Positions 12,184 through 24,643 are shown, numbered from the stretch's first letter. The stretch is DNA of 64,000 nucleotides from Macrostomum lignano (GCA_002269645.1 NIVC01001866.1:1-64000), one strand, 5' to 3'. Notes: generated by a model from the sequence alone, not told the origin. Made by a program: numbers and translations.

Positions 12184-15100
12184 TTTTTCAGCTTGTGTTG
12201 TGTCGATAAAAAATAATCATGCAAAACAGTTGATTTGATTTTACTCCAGGCTTAAAATAAATATAATTAACTTTAACTTTGACTTTGAGTAAATCATATT
12301 CAAATAAAAGCTATAGTGACTTTAGCTAATGAAATAAAAAGTTATGAACTGTTCAATTATTAATCGATAAAATTTAGGCATAGCCTTCATTATACATAAA
12401 AAACTAACAGTCAAATCGATCTCTAAAATATATTTTTTATTATAGTCTAGACTTTTAACCTCGCATTGTGAGTTTCAAAGGTACAATAATGTCATGATAT
12501 AAAGCATTTTTTATGAATGGATGGACTTGGAATATGATTCTGTCACGTTTATATTTAATTAGCTTAAGCTTGAAAGTACTCATTTGAAGCAAAAATAGAA
12601 AATAGAATAAAAAATAAGAATCTCCAGAATGTTCAAATGGAAAGTTATTCCTCAAAACATTCTTTCAACTGGTTTTTTAATAATCATAGACGTACTGCGT
12701 AGGATAGGAAAGAGCTAGGCCAGTGAGTTAATTTTTCAAGTCAACTTTTGGTAAGAAAGTGCAATACATTCTACCTACTACAGTGGTCCTTGACATTCTG
12801 TCCTAAGACTGCTGGCACCAAAACTTTATAAGAAGTTTTTTAGCCCAGAACCATCGTGAATTAATTTTCAGAATCAAATTATTTTTCTAATTGCTTAATG
12901 TATTGAAATTGTTTTGAAATATATTGAAATAAAAAATGAAATCTCCTAGTCAATTTTTAAATAAAAATGTATAAATATAGTCATAGTTAAAGACCCTAAA
13001 TTATTGTTGAACAGCATCACATAAAACGTGCCAAGAACTATTAATTATGTAACTATTAATTATGTAATTATATATAATTATGTAAATGACTAATATAGTA
13101 AGTCCATCAATTCAATGAATGATTGAAGGATAACTTTAACGGACAAAAAAGATTATTTTGAGAAGAAAATAAAACTGACAAGTGACGCCTGTAAAATAGT
13201 AAAACAAAGCACATGCATTACAAAGTTTTGATTGCATTTGTATTCAACTTATAGTCACCGAAATGTTGTAAAAGAGTTATTATATTTTTTTATTAAAATT
13301 TAAATGTCGATAACTGACGTAATGATTTCTGAGAAATTTCACGAACTATATTCTAAAAGCTGAAGGCTAAAAGTTTTCCTTAGTATTTAAAATTTTATTT
13401 ATTTCATTTACCTAAAGTATCTTTTAAGTTTATAAACAACAAGTAAACTAGTAACTAGTAAACTGCGTGTAAATTTATATTTGTCGATGTCGAGTTTGAA
13501 TAAGTGCTCTAGCTAAAAATATATATTCATGTACAATTAACGTTGTACTAGAACTATATACATGTACATGTTATAGATACTATGTACATTGTATGTATAT
13601 TGACATTCATAGGCGTGAATATTTTTTGCCTGCATAATTATTTATGCCTTATAGGAAACATTCAAAATTTCATGTACAGATTTTTCAACCGTCTCTTACT
13701 TCTTGTGAGTCGTGACGTACATGTACGGCCATTGAATCAACTTGTATTGCATTGTGGGCTCCTTAAATTACATGTATTTATAAATTTTAATCCCGATAAT
13801 CGTTGTGCATAATGATGACGGACTTTCAGTACTGATGTGATGGCACATACATGTATAAAGCTCCTTCCCCTGTACTGTTCTTACTACTGCCACAAAATGG
13901 ATTTTTCTTCTTCTCTATTTCTTGTATCTTCTCTGTTCTGTAATTCCTTCCCTCTTTGTCATCTTCTCTTTTTTATCCTTTGTTTCCACTATGTGATGCT
14001 CTGCTGGCAACTCTAGTGCTTGATGAATAACGAAGCTCGTATCTTGCTTTGCTTGTTTATTTGGCTTTAGGACCACATTAATGCTAGCGGGGCTTGTAAC
14101 AAGATTATGAAACTAGGACACTTATATATTAGGAAGGGATGAGGGAGGCGGCATTTGGGCGCAGCGGCCATAGACTATTGCACGAGCGTATGTCACACTA
14201 TTTATTTTCCTCTCTCTTTTATGCTTTTTCTTCTTTTCTATTGGGATTTCATACCAGCATACTTTTTCGGGTCATAGTCCCCAGTCGTCAAGGTTATGTG
14301 TTAGGCGGCCACACTGCACCTGGCATGTGCGCCTGCGGGTCTGCAGACGCCAGATGGTCTAGGTAAATCACACGGGACTGCATGGTGTTTTTTTTCTCAT
14401 TTTTGACAGATCATCCATCACATGAATCACATGAGATTTTGGCCTATTCTTCAGATTTTTCCAAGTGGGACGATATTTTGACAGCTGCGACCTTTACCTC
14501 TAATATTATACTCGCTTTAATCCTTATCTCCTCGCAGATTATTCCGTTGCACTCTCATCTTTATTCCATCTTTATTCTCACACGCGTATTGATATAATGC
14601 ATATTTTCAGGTTAAGTTTTGATTTGACATTGCTGAAACTCATTTACTGTTTGCATCAAAATTTGATGCTATATGGCCGCACCTGTCACTCTTAGGGGTC
14701 CAATGGGGTTTGATAGGATCTCTTGGCTTTCGATATTAAATATACAAGGTCAGCCAATCAAAATTCGACGTGCGTTTTAAGAATTACATGTAGGCTTATA
14801 TCCAATCAGAATCAACGTATTTCAATATAACAAAGTCGCGGGCCAGTAATTGGTCCGAATTTAAACCCCGGATTTTTCCTGTTTGGAATTCAACCTTTCG
14901 GTCCTCCTCGATAGATCTGAGAGACCCTCTGGAGGAACGCCCTCTCCAACTGTTGATTTGTCCCCCAAGGACTGCTCTGGTGGAAGGACTGGAAACTATA
15001 CTTTTCTTGGAATTTTTTAGGAGGCATCTTGACTCAAAACCTGCATAGCTAGCTGGAATCATTGGTTTTACGGTTCGACTAATGCTTTGCCTGATTGGAG

Positions 15101-15533
15101 CAATAAATCAATAAATCATGTCATGGACAGCTTCAAGAACAAGAAACAAAGAATCAATAAACAATAATTTATTCAAGAACGGAGCGACTTTATAATTTGA
15201 AAGAAAACGCGGAGCCAAACAAACATGCAGCTTCAATTTTAGAAAGTCAACTATAGTACACTGTCTCTAGTCTATGGGACATCCCTAATCTTTAGGAGTT
15301 AATAGGTAATAGGCCAAATAGGCCAATGAAGCTTATAAATAAGAATAAATAAATAAATTGAAGTGCTTTTTGGTTTTGTCGACAAAATGTTCGAGTTCGT
15401 TGATTATTTTATTAATAGGGAGGGTGAAGTATAGTTAGATTCGCTCAGAACCCGATTCGGGCAGTTGATTTTTATAGTAAAGTTTTTATTAGAATTTTCT
15501 CGTGACCAGATCGAATTGAAGCAGCTCGCAGTC

Positions 15534-16274
15534 TCACTGAAGCGCGAACTTTACCCAGTCGTTGCTGTTCTCGATTTCCTGCTCAACTTGGGCGTCGCTG
15601 AACTGCAGTAGTCGGCATTGCCCAAGGACTTTGTTGTACAGCACGCTCCTGATATTCGGAAACTTGATGAATGCAACTTCAAAGCACTCAAGTATGTTGC
15701 TAATTGGCTGCAGTTCGGTGTAGCAGTACTGAGTATTGTACTCAGTGCGTTTGAAAGGAACATTCACCCACGTGGCGCTTGGTGGCACATGAGATGGAGC
15801 GAATTCGCAAGCGAATCCGGCGGTATAAAAGCAGCGCAGATCAACGAACCGATGACTATTGTCATTCGCCTGGATCACACAGTCCTGATTCCCGTTGTTG
15901 TTCGGTATCCCGCTGTACCACAGTGCGTTGTCCAGCGGTAGGTCTTCATTGCCGTTGACAGTCTGCCAGCCTGACCGAGACGTCAGTCGCTCATTCGCGA
16001 GGTCAGTCACCCCGAGCCACAGATGTATAGGGCTATCCATGCTTGGCATGCTGCTGAGCAGCTTCAGTGTTTCGTACGAGTTGATGAGCTGGCCGTCGAT
16101 CGTTGCGCATTGTCGGTTGGCCTCGCACCAGGTAAAACCTTTAGAATAGCTCACGAAGATGCACTTACCGGCCTCGTTATAAAACGGGGCAGGGCAAGCG
16201 GCTTGCTGCTGGGATGAGCCAACCTGCAGGAGCAGCACTGCCATGGTAATGCTTAGGGTCAACTTAGTAAGCAT
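15534..16274 (-). CDS. Secreted C-type lectin domain protein with C-terminal PAN/apple-like domain (246 aa, intronless)
   Basis: Hydrophobic signal peptide. CTLD hallmarks: CP...C, WCEANRQC, WLG, W.SGIPNN...DCV...C...FACE. C-terminal C-x-ISNILEC...SVLYN...CRLL resembles PAN domains. Confidence 0.88.
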   Translation of the reverse strand: MLTKLTLSITMAVLLLQVGSSQQQAACPAPFYNEAGKCIFVSYSKGFTWCEANRQCATIDGQLINSYETLKLLSSMPSMDSPIHLWLGVTDLANERLTSRSGWQTVNGNEDLPLDNALWYSGIPNNNGNQDCVIQANDNSHRFVDLRCFYTAGFACEFAPSHVPPSATWVNVPFKRTEYNTQYCYTELQPISNILECFEVAFIKFPNIRSVLYNKVLGQCRLLQFSDAQVEQEIENSNDWVKFALQ

Positions 16275-18528
16275 AGTGACTTAGTGCAATATGATCGCTT
16301 CAAGTAATGCTTTGAGAATGCCGGTATCAGGGAATTATCAGCGAAAACGATGACTACGGCGCTTATGTAGCCAATTTGTTTTTCGTCGAAGGTCTTCTGT
16401 TTTGTTGCTTCATTTGGGTTCGTTTTGGCGTCCTGATAGGTTCGCCCGTGGATACAATCGCCAGAGACATTGCAGCAGTGGGTGGCAGCATTGAATAAAA
16501 ATCGAACTAAAAATAATTGTCAATTGTTGACTCTTCAGGACTCGCAGTCACTGTTTGCAATGCAGCTGCATGAAAGGGAATTGAAGAAGACAGAGACTGA
16601 AGAATAAAATGCTCTTACCTTGCTTCGACTAGAAAAATTTTAGCCAAAGCGCTTCAACACAAAATCTCCTATGCAGAAATGATTCTGCATATTCAGCAGG
16701 CAGCTAGAAATGGCTTTTTGTCTGAGAAAATTCTAGAACAAAGCTCTATTTACAGTACCTGGCCCATTCCTCGTTGTCTTGTTAATTCCCAATAGTTGTT
16801 TTTTCCACTTCGCTGAGAATTTACTTTTTTGCTTGAAAATTTGGCTTTATTTGTTGCCCAGTCCTGCATGGATGTTTAAGAGCGCCTGATCCTGACTGAG
16901 TCGTTAGGCCCCGGGTAATCACTTTTTTCCTAGTCTTTGCGCCTTTTTAAAGATGTAGCTATGCATAAAGCTCTTTCACTAGGCTGCATCTATGCTGAAG
17001 GGATCGCTTCTGGTTTGTTCCCTTTAGAAAAATGTCAGTCAGTCAGTGTGGCTGAATCAATACAGGAAAAAATGAAGTTTGGCTAAAACCATCAACGAAT
17101 GACAAGTCTCCAAACCGTGCCACATTTCGACGTTCGCTGGCTTATCTCATGTCGATGGAGAGACATACACAGCAACCGCTTTAATTGAGGGGCCGCAACG
17201 AGCGCCAAAATTTGGTGTCTTGGTGAGCGCCAATGTCTCGTGGTTGGCGCCCTCTCTTCTGTCTCTTAGGCCGGTGGATGCGAAGTCCGTTCAATCGGAT
17301 TGCCGTGTTATACTTTCGGATATCCGTGTCGTTAACCGCCCAGATAGTACAAGTGCTTTCCGACCTCCCCCTGGATATTTCGAGCATGCTAAAGTATCCG
17401 GTCCGGATATCTCAAGCTGCTTTACGTTCTCCGGGGTACTTGCAGTCTCCCCCCCCGGAAGTCACAAGCTAGGTTGAAATATCCGGCCGAAAAACCAAGG
17501 TTTTCTTTGCGGTATCCGGACTGTGTGATGTCCGAGTCAAAGAACGATAATGTATAAAAATATTTTTGGAACAAAAGGACTAAGTGAAATTAGCGTTTCA
17601 AGGATATAAAATTACTGAGTTAGGAAAAATTTTTAATGTTTCTAAATACTATATATATAAGTTGATGAATGAAATGCCCTGGTTTTTTTTACATTGTCCT
17701 TTAGTTGATCACCCCCCTTTCGACCCCCAAAAACTTTTATATACTTAATCTTCAATAGAACCATATGCCTTTATCGAAGTTTAAGTACTTCAAGTATAAA
17801 AATCAATCCCCATATGATCAAGAATCTCCCACCCTAAAAGCCACTTTTCATTGTAAAATAGTGCAGTAAAGAGGCCAAAGGAGCTCTTTATTCCCATTTA
17901 ACATACTCGACGTGCAGTGTTTTGATCTTTTCCCGGACTTCATCTTCCGTAAGAGCACACGCCGCCGCTGTTCTGGGCGCCTTTTCTTGCCGCAGTTCCG
18001 GTTTCTCACTTTGTAGAACAATTGACCGTCTTGGAAGAAGAAGGCTTTACTTTTTTTTCCTCACTTTGGCCGGCAAGTCTCCGGGAATTCTGAACGTAGT
18101 GGCCGTAAAAGAACACTTGGTTTACGAGCGTAGACTCGCCTTTGCCATGTCTGTCTCCACTTGAAGCTACAAATACCTCAGTCACACTTGCAGCCTTCTA
18201 AGCTCTTAATTAAATAGCTTTTAAAATAGAGCATCAGTGAGAATGAAGTACACATTGCGCAATTACACTGACAATTCATCTAGAGCTCACCCCTGCTAGG
18301 TACAGATATATAGTTTAGCCCCGTGGCTGTACACCGCTCATGTACATTTTTACCCCCGGAGATCTCAAATCGGGGAAAATGCAAGGCACGACTGTTATGC
18401 CTTGCGTTGTCCGGGACTCGAGATCGCAAAGCAAAGTCACATTTGTCCTGCGATCTCCGGCTGGAGACTGCAAGCGCACGGAGATTGCAAAGCCTAACAC
18501 CGGGACGAGAAATACACTGAGATGCAGG

Positions 18529-19088
18529 GTTCACTAGCACTTTAGTAATGGTTCACCAGCACTTTAGTAATGGTTCACCAGCACTTTAGTAATGGTTCAC
18601 CAGCACTTTAGTAATGGTTCACCAGCACTTTAGTAATGGTTCACCAGCACTTTAGTAATGGTTCACCAGCACTTTAGTAATGGTTCACCAGCACTTTAGT
18701 AATGGTTCACCAGCACTTTAGTAATGGTTCACCAGCACTTTAGTAATGGTTCACCAGCACTTTAGTAATGGTTCACCAGCACTTTAGTAATGGTTCACCA
18801 GCACTTTAGTAATGGTTCACCAGCACTTTAGTAATGGTTCACCAGCACTTTAGTAATGGTTCACCAGCACTTTAGTAATGGTTCACCAGCACTTTAGTAA
18901 TGGTTCACCAGCACTTTAGTAATGGTTCACCAGCACTTTAGTAATGGTTCACCAGCACTTTAGTAATGGTTCACCAGCACTTTAGTAATGGTTCACCAGC
19001 ACTTTAGTAATGGTTCACCAGCACTTTAGTAATGGTTCACCAGCACTTTAGTAATGGTTCACCAGCACTTTAGTAATGGTTCACCAGC
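18529..19088. repeat. Perfect 22-bp minisatellite (GCACTTTAGTAATGGTTCACCA)n
   Basis: About 25 identical copies. Confidence 0.98.
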
Positions 19089-20004
19089 TTAATGTGTCAA
19101 CTGGTGGATAGATAGCGCTGATGCAAATTTTTATTACAGGCAGGGGGCTGTATGAACCCTGGCGTGCTTTAAGCGATATTGTCACAATGTCACACAACCG
19201 ACGAGAGGCATTACTGCCCATTCCGCCGACTCCTCTGAGCGGGCACACAAGCGCGCGGATACGAGCTAAGTACGCAGTCACACTAAATTTAATCAGGGTA
19301 TTTTATGTTTTGATATCAACCAAAGCAGACAAAAATATACCTGTACGTATACAATCGGAATTCGAAATGATTTTTTATTTGACAAACTCATGCATGGACC
19401 AAGTACTAAGATACGTATAAGCCAACCAGTTACACAATAAATTGCGTTATGGAATAGGCAAAACTAAACTCAAATTAATTCAGTAAATATCATAAAAATG
19501 ATAAATCAGCAACTAACTATTCATAAATTTAAATTGAAACTCGGAATTTAGTATGCGAAATCTAACCATTTTCATCATTAAAATGTCTACTGTAAAAGGC
19601 GCAAAAACGTTATGTCAATGGACGCGACTCGACGATTCGACGACTCGACGACTCGACGAGTTCCGGAAGGGAGGTATAAACTTTCTGTAAATATGCTTGT
19701 AAAAATAATTTTAAGAACTACTTGTACATTATTTATGCCTAAATATTTTTATCACATTCGGAAATTTCATTCTAACCGACAAACGATTAACTGCAGTTAG
19801 TTGCTAAGTCAGTATTATGCAAATGCACTGCACCGACGTCTACTGGTACAGCTCTGCATAGGTATATTACCCATTGCACTCTACTCTACTGATTTGAAAA
19901 TAAAATTATTATTAAATTATCATCTAACTACTAAAAAAGAAGGTACAGAGTAAATTTCTATGCAGGTAAAAAACATTAAGGTAAAAAACCAACTGTGTTG
20001 TTTT

Positions 20005-20566
20005 ACTTAGCGAGGATTGAAAACAGACAGGGAAGGGGGTTTGGAGCCGATAAGAGAATCGATAACCCATCCAACCTTGTGTTGTACACTTAGCGAGGAT
20101 TGAAAACAGACAGGGAAGGGGGTTTGGAGCCGATAAGAGAATCGATAACCCATCCAACCTTGTGTTGTACACTTAGCGAGGATTGAAAACAGACAGGGAA
20201 GGGGGTTTGGAGCCGATAAGAGAATCGATAACCCATCCAACCTTGTGTTGTACACTTAGCGAGGATTGAAAACAGACAGGGAAGGGGGTTTGGAGCCGAT
20301 AAGAGAATCGATAACCCATCCAACCTTGTGTTGTACACTTAGCGAGGATTGAAAACAGACAGGGAAGGGGGTTTGGAGCCGATAAGAGAATCGATAACCC
20401 ATCCAACCTTGTGTTGTACACTTAGCGAGGATTGAAAACAGACAGGGAAGGGGGTTTGGAGCCGATAAGAGAATCGATAACCCATCCAACCTTGTGTTGT
20501 ACACTTAGCGAGGATTGAAAACAGACAGGGAAGGGGGTTTGGAGCCGATAAGAGAATCAATAACCC
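20005..20566. repeat. 83-bp tandem repeat (~6.8 copies)
   Basis: ACTTAGCGAGGATTG... recurs at 20005, 20088 and so on; the ORF track repeats with an 83-nt offset. Confidence 0.98.
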
Positions 20567-20580
20567 TCTCTCAGTCTCAG

Positions 20581-21236
20581 TCAAATAAACAAAGCAAGAT
20601 GGCTCAAGGACTTGTCAGGAATGTCTTCCCAAGGAATGATCCGGACTCGATACTTCAAATAAATCCGGTGCAACAGCGGACAGTACTCTCGTATCTGGCT
20701 GCCGAACTCTGGGGTGTCGTCTTTGAAGTTAGCGATAATTTTTACTTTCCCACGTGTACTCGAGTCTTCCAACAGACTATTGAGAAAGGGCAAGAGGCCG
20801 CCACCGTTTGAAATCAGGTTCTCCGTCAGCATAATAAAATATCTTTGCGCAGAGGTTAAGTCCTCCTGAAAGAAGTTGTGAAGTTTCCAAGAAATGCTTT
20901 ACAGTCAACAAGCACTCGTAATAAATACGAGTATCGTAGATTAAAATCATACAGAACCAGCGTCTTACCGGCACCGCTTCGAAGGTGGTCTCGTCAACCC
21001 GGATGAAAGCAGCAGCTGCTTCGTAATTGGGAGAGCTCAGTTGGTCCAGATCAGCCGAGAGGCCGATCAGCAGCGCCGTGGGACGCACACTGCATATTGA
21101 GGGGCTCCTGTTGCCGCCTTCTGCACGCGACAGACGCGCGGTCTCCGGGATGTCTTCGTCGAATGATTCGTGTGAATCAGAATCGGAAGTTGATTCTTGC
21201 TGCTGTTGGTGCTGCTGCCGCTGCTGGTCTCGGGGA
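20581..21236 (-). CDS. LRR-TM receptor exon 5: cytoplasmic tail ending in a caspase/paracaspase-like domain without catalytic residues (1-nt frameshift near 20810)
   Basis: Phase-2 acceptor ttccag|T at 21237/21236 (an alternative in-frame AG lies 6 nt upstream). Frame is continuous with ORF 20777-21088, then ORF 20581-20832. Motifs TALLIG...L.SP..E, D...YE...VKHFL, KIFYYADG, GLLPF, KVKIIANF. Confidence 0.7.
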
Positions 21237-21304
21237 CTGGAACTGACAGTTTGGGCGCATCTCTTTTCTGTTCATCCGCAGCCTTCCTCAACTCCCTTCG
21301 CTCC

Positions 21305-22480
21305 ATCATTCTCCAACCATCCGCTCGTCTCCAATCATCCGCTCTATTCTCCAATCATCCGCTCCAGTCTCCAATCATCCGCTCCAGTCTCCAATCATCC
21401 GCTCCATTCTCCAATCATCCGCTCCATTCTCCAATCATCCGCTCCATTCTCCAATCATCCGCTCCAGTCTACAATCATCCGCTCCATTCTCCATTCATCC
21501 GCTCTATTCTCCAATCATCCGCTCCATTCTCCATTCATCCACTCCATTCTTCAATAATCCTCTCTATTCTCCAATCATCCGCTTCATTCTCCAATCATCC
21601 GCTTCATTCTCTAATCATCCGCTCCAGTCTCCATTCATCCACTCCATTCTTAAATAATCCTCTCTATTCTCCAATCATCCGCTTCATTCTCCAATCATCC
21701 GCTTCATTCTCCAATCATCCGCTTCATTCTCTAATCATCCGCTCCAGTCTCCATTCATCCACTCCATTCTTAAATAATCCTCTCTATTCTCCAATCATCC
21801 GCTTCATTCTCCAATCATCCGCTTCATTCTCCATTCATACGCTCCATTCTCCAATCATACGCTCCAGTCTCCAATCATTCGCTTCATTCTCCATTCATCC
21901 GCTCCATTCTTCAATCATCCTCTCCAGTCTTCAAATCATCCGCTCCATTCTCCAATCATCCGCTCGTCTCCAATCATCCGCTCCATTCTCCAATCATCTG
22001 CTCCATTCTCCATTCATCCACTCCATTCTTCAATAATCCTCTCTATTCTCCAATCATCCGCTCCAGTCTCCAATCATCCGCTCCATTCTCCAATCATCTT
22101 CTCCATTCTCCAATCATCCGCTCCATTCTCCAATCATCCGCTCCATTCTCCAATCATCCGCTCCATTCTTCAGTCATCAGCTCCAGTCTCCAATCATCCG
22201 CTCCATTCTTCAATCATCCGCTCCATTCTCTAAGCATCCACTCCATTCTTCAGTCATCCGCTCCATTCTTCAGTCATCAGCTCCAGTCTCCAATCATCCG
22301 CTCCATTCTTCAATCATCCGCTCCATTCTCTAAGCATCCACTCCATTCTTCAGTCATCCGCTCCATTCTTCAGTCATCAGCTCCAGTCTCCAATCATCCG
22401 CTCCATTCTCCAATCATCCGCTCCATTCTCCAATCATCCGCTCCATTCTCCAATCATCCGCTCTAGTCTCTAATCATCCA
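21305..22480. repeat. 20-bp minisatellite (CTCCAATCATCCGCTCCATT)n in intron 4
   Basis: Direct read. Confidence 0.96.
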
Positions 22481-22535
22481 CTCCCTTCGTAATATATATT
22501 TTGGGTTATAACAGTTACAAATCGATCACTCTTAC

Positions 22536-22784
22536 CTTGAAATGGGCTGCTGTCGCTCTTCCAGAAGTTGCTGGGCATCCAGCGGGAGGGTGGCAAGAAG
22601 ACTCAGCTCTATATTTTGTCCGTTTATCCGCTCGTACGTTGGATTTCCATGATTTTGAGACATCAGCGTCTCCCGGCTGTTGCCCTGGATTCGGCGTTGG
22701 CCTTGAGTGCCCGAGGCGGCGGTGCTGTTCGTAACGGCCGAGGCGTTGTTGGAGCCTCTGAGACGTCTGTACGCTTGGAACAGA
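22536..22784 (-). CDS. LRR-TM receptor exon 4 (juxtamembrane cytoplasmic region)
   Basis: Acceptor ccatag|T (phase 2) and donor AG|GTAAGA (phase 2) join exons 3 and 5 in frame: GYRK-SLFQAYRRLRGSNN...GNPTYE...DAQQLLEERQQPIS. Confidence 0.7.
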
Positions 22785-22892
22785 CTATGGATGGCACAGC
22801 GGGGGCAGTGGAGGCGCATGAACAAAGGCAAATCAGAAAATCATTCATCATACACGACTGGCTGAATGTTGGCTTAGTGAATTTGACTCAGT

Positions 22893-23335
22893 AAGGATGC
22901 TACACTTTTGAGGATGTGGTACTTTGAGGATGTGGTACTTTGAGGATGTGGCACTTTGAGGATGTGGTACTTAAGAATGTGACACTTTGAGAATAAGACA
23001 CTTTGAGGATGTGGTACTTGAGGATGTGGCACTTTGAGGATGTGGCACTTTGAGGATGTGGTACTTTGAGGATGTGGCACTTTTAGGATGTGGTACTTAG
23101 GATGACACTTTGAGGATGTGTCACTTTGAGGATGTGGTACTTAAGAATGTGACACTTTGAGAATATGACACTTTGAGGATGTGGTACTTGAGGATGTGGC
23201 ACTTTGAGGATGTGGTACTTAGGATGACACTTTGAGGATGTGGCACTTTGAGGATGTGGTACTTAAGAATGTGACACTTTGAGGATATGACACTTTGAGG
23301 ATGTGGTACTTTGAGGATGTGGTACTTGAGGATTT
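22893..23335. repeat. ~16-bp minisatellite (TACTTTGAGGATGTGG)n in intron 3
   Basis: Direct read. Confidence 0.95.
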
Positions 23336-23354
23336 GGCACCCTCATATTCTGAC

Positions 23355-23620
23355 CTTTTCCGATATCCAAATCCCAAGGCAGCCGCAAAGATGGTACCAA
23401 CAGAGCACAGCAGACCAGCGATGCCACCTGTTGACAGTCCACCTGCATTACTTTCCGAGCTGCTACCCAGAGCCACGGAGGAATCGCCCGAATTTTCATT
23501 GGATTTAAAATTGGGCGGTTGGTGATCGTCAGCTGGGAGGCTGCTGATGTCGGGCGGAGGATGACTGCGGCAATAGGCCTGGGCGGAGGCCAACAAGCTG
23601 GCCGAGTAGGTACGGAGCAG
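23355..23620 (-). CDS. LRR-TM receptor exon 3 (stalk + transmembrane helix)
   Basis: Acceptor catgccag|CTG is phase 0. Encodes GGLSTGGIAGLLCSVGTIFAAALGFGY-RK (TM plus stop-transfer). Donor AG|GTCAGA is phase 2. Confidence 0.8.
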
Positions 23621-23854
23621 CTGGCATGAAAATATTGGTTGAGATTCAGGATTTTGTTTAACTAATAATTACTTCTGTTCTATTTGTACACCTACTTTAG
23701 CTACCGAAAACTTGACAATAGTTCAACTTCAACATGATCCAAAAGTCCCTAAAATTATTCTTCCAATTTGGTATTCTAATCCCTATCACTAAATCCTTAA
23801 TCTTAAAAACCGAATCTTTAATCACATTTATCGAATCTTGAATTAAAATAATCG

Positions 23855-24478
23855 AATCTCTAGTCCCAAATATCGAATCTCTAATCCCAAATATCGAATC
23901 TCTAATCCCAACTACAAATCTCTAATCCCAACTACAAATCTCTAATCCCAACTATCGAATCTCTAATCCCAACTGTCGAATCTCTAATCCCAACTATCGA
24001 ATCTCTAATCCCAACTATCAAATCTCTAATCCCAACTATCAAATCGCTAATCCCAACTATCGAATCTCTCATCCCAACTGTCGAATCTCTAATCCCAACT
24101 ATCGAATCTCTAATCCCAACTATCGAATATCTAATCCCAACTATCGAATCTCTAATCCCAACTATCAAATCTCTAATCCCAACTATCGAATCTCTAATCC
24201 CAACTATCGAATCGCTAATCCCAACTGTCGAATCTCTAATCCCAACTATCGAATCTCTAATCCCAACTATCGAATCTCTCATCCCAACTGTCGAATCTCT
24301 AATCCTAATTATCGAATCTCTAATCCTAACTATCGAATCGCTAATACCAACTATCGAATCTCTAATCCGAACTATCGAATCTCTAATCCCAATCACCGAA
24401 TCTCTAATCCCAATCACTGAATCTCTAATCCCAATCACTAAATCTCTAATCCCAATCACCGAATCCCTAATCCTATGA
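23855..24478. repeat. 21-bp minisatellite (AATCTCTAATCCCAACTATCG)n in intron 2
   Basis: Direct read. Confidence 0.96.
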
Positions 24479-24487
24479 TCCATATAT

Positions 24488-24643
24488 GCGCAACCTTGGG
24501 ATTCACCCGGCCGTTTCTATTGGCAACACACACATGTTAGTCGCAATTGGCTGAGAGCAGTCACGTGACTACTATTCCGTCCAATAGCGACTTACATGTG
24601 TGTGTTGCCAATAGAAACGGCCGGGTGAATCCCTAGGTTGCGC
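24488..24643. mobile_element. 156-bp near-palindromic hairpin (MITE-like)
   Basis: GCGCAACCTTGGGATTCACCCGGCCGTTTCTATTGGCAACACACACATGT... is mirrored by ...ACATGTGTGTGTTGCCAATAGAAACGGCCGGGTGAATCCCTAGGTTGCGC. No clear TSD. Confidence 0.7.

Noticed and set aside
14796-15062. ORF with KVEFQTGKIRG, reminiscent of a carboxylesterase N-terminus
   Set aside because: The expected F.GIPY/P motif does not follow and no further exons were found.
20005-20566. CRISPR-like array in the 83-bp (or 48-bp) repeats
   Set aside because: Units are identical end to end with no unique spacers, no cas genes are present, and the context is eukaryotic.
20581-21088. TIR domain as the receptor's cytoplasmic module (canonical Toll-like receptor)
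   Set aside because: There is no box 1 (YDAFISY) or box 2 (RD..PG) motif. The ALLIG / YE..V..FL / YYA pattern fits the caspase fold better. A profile search is still needed to exclude it.
22663-22861. Alternative exon 4 (acceptor at 22862, ORF 22663-22851) terminating the receptor early
   Set aside because: It is phase-compatible, but the 22784 acceptor has a better pyrimidine tract. That frame carries NPxY/dileucine motifs and ends at a strong GTAAGA donor in phase with exon 5. Not fully excluded.
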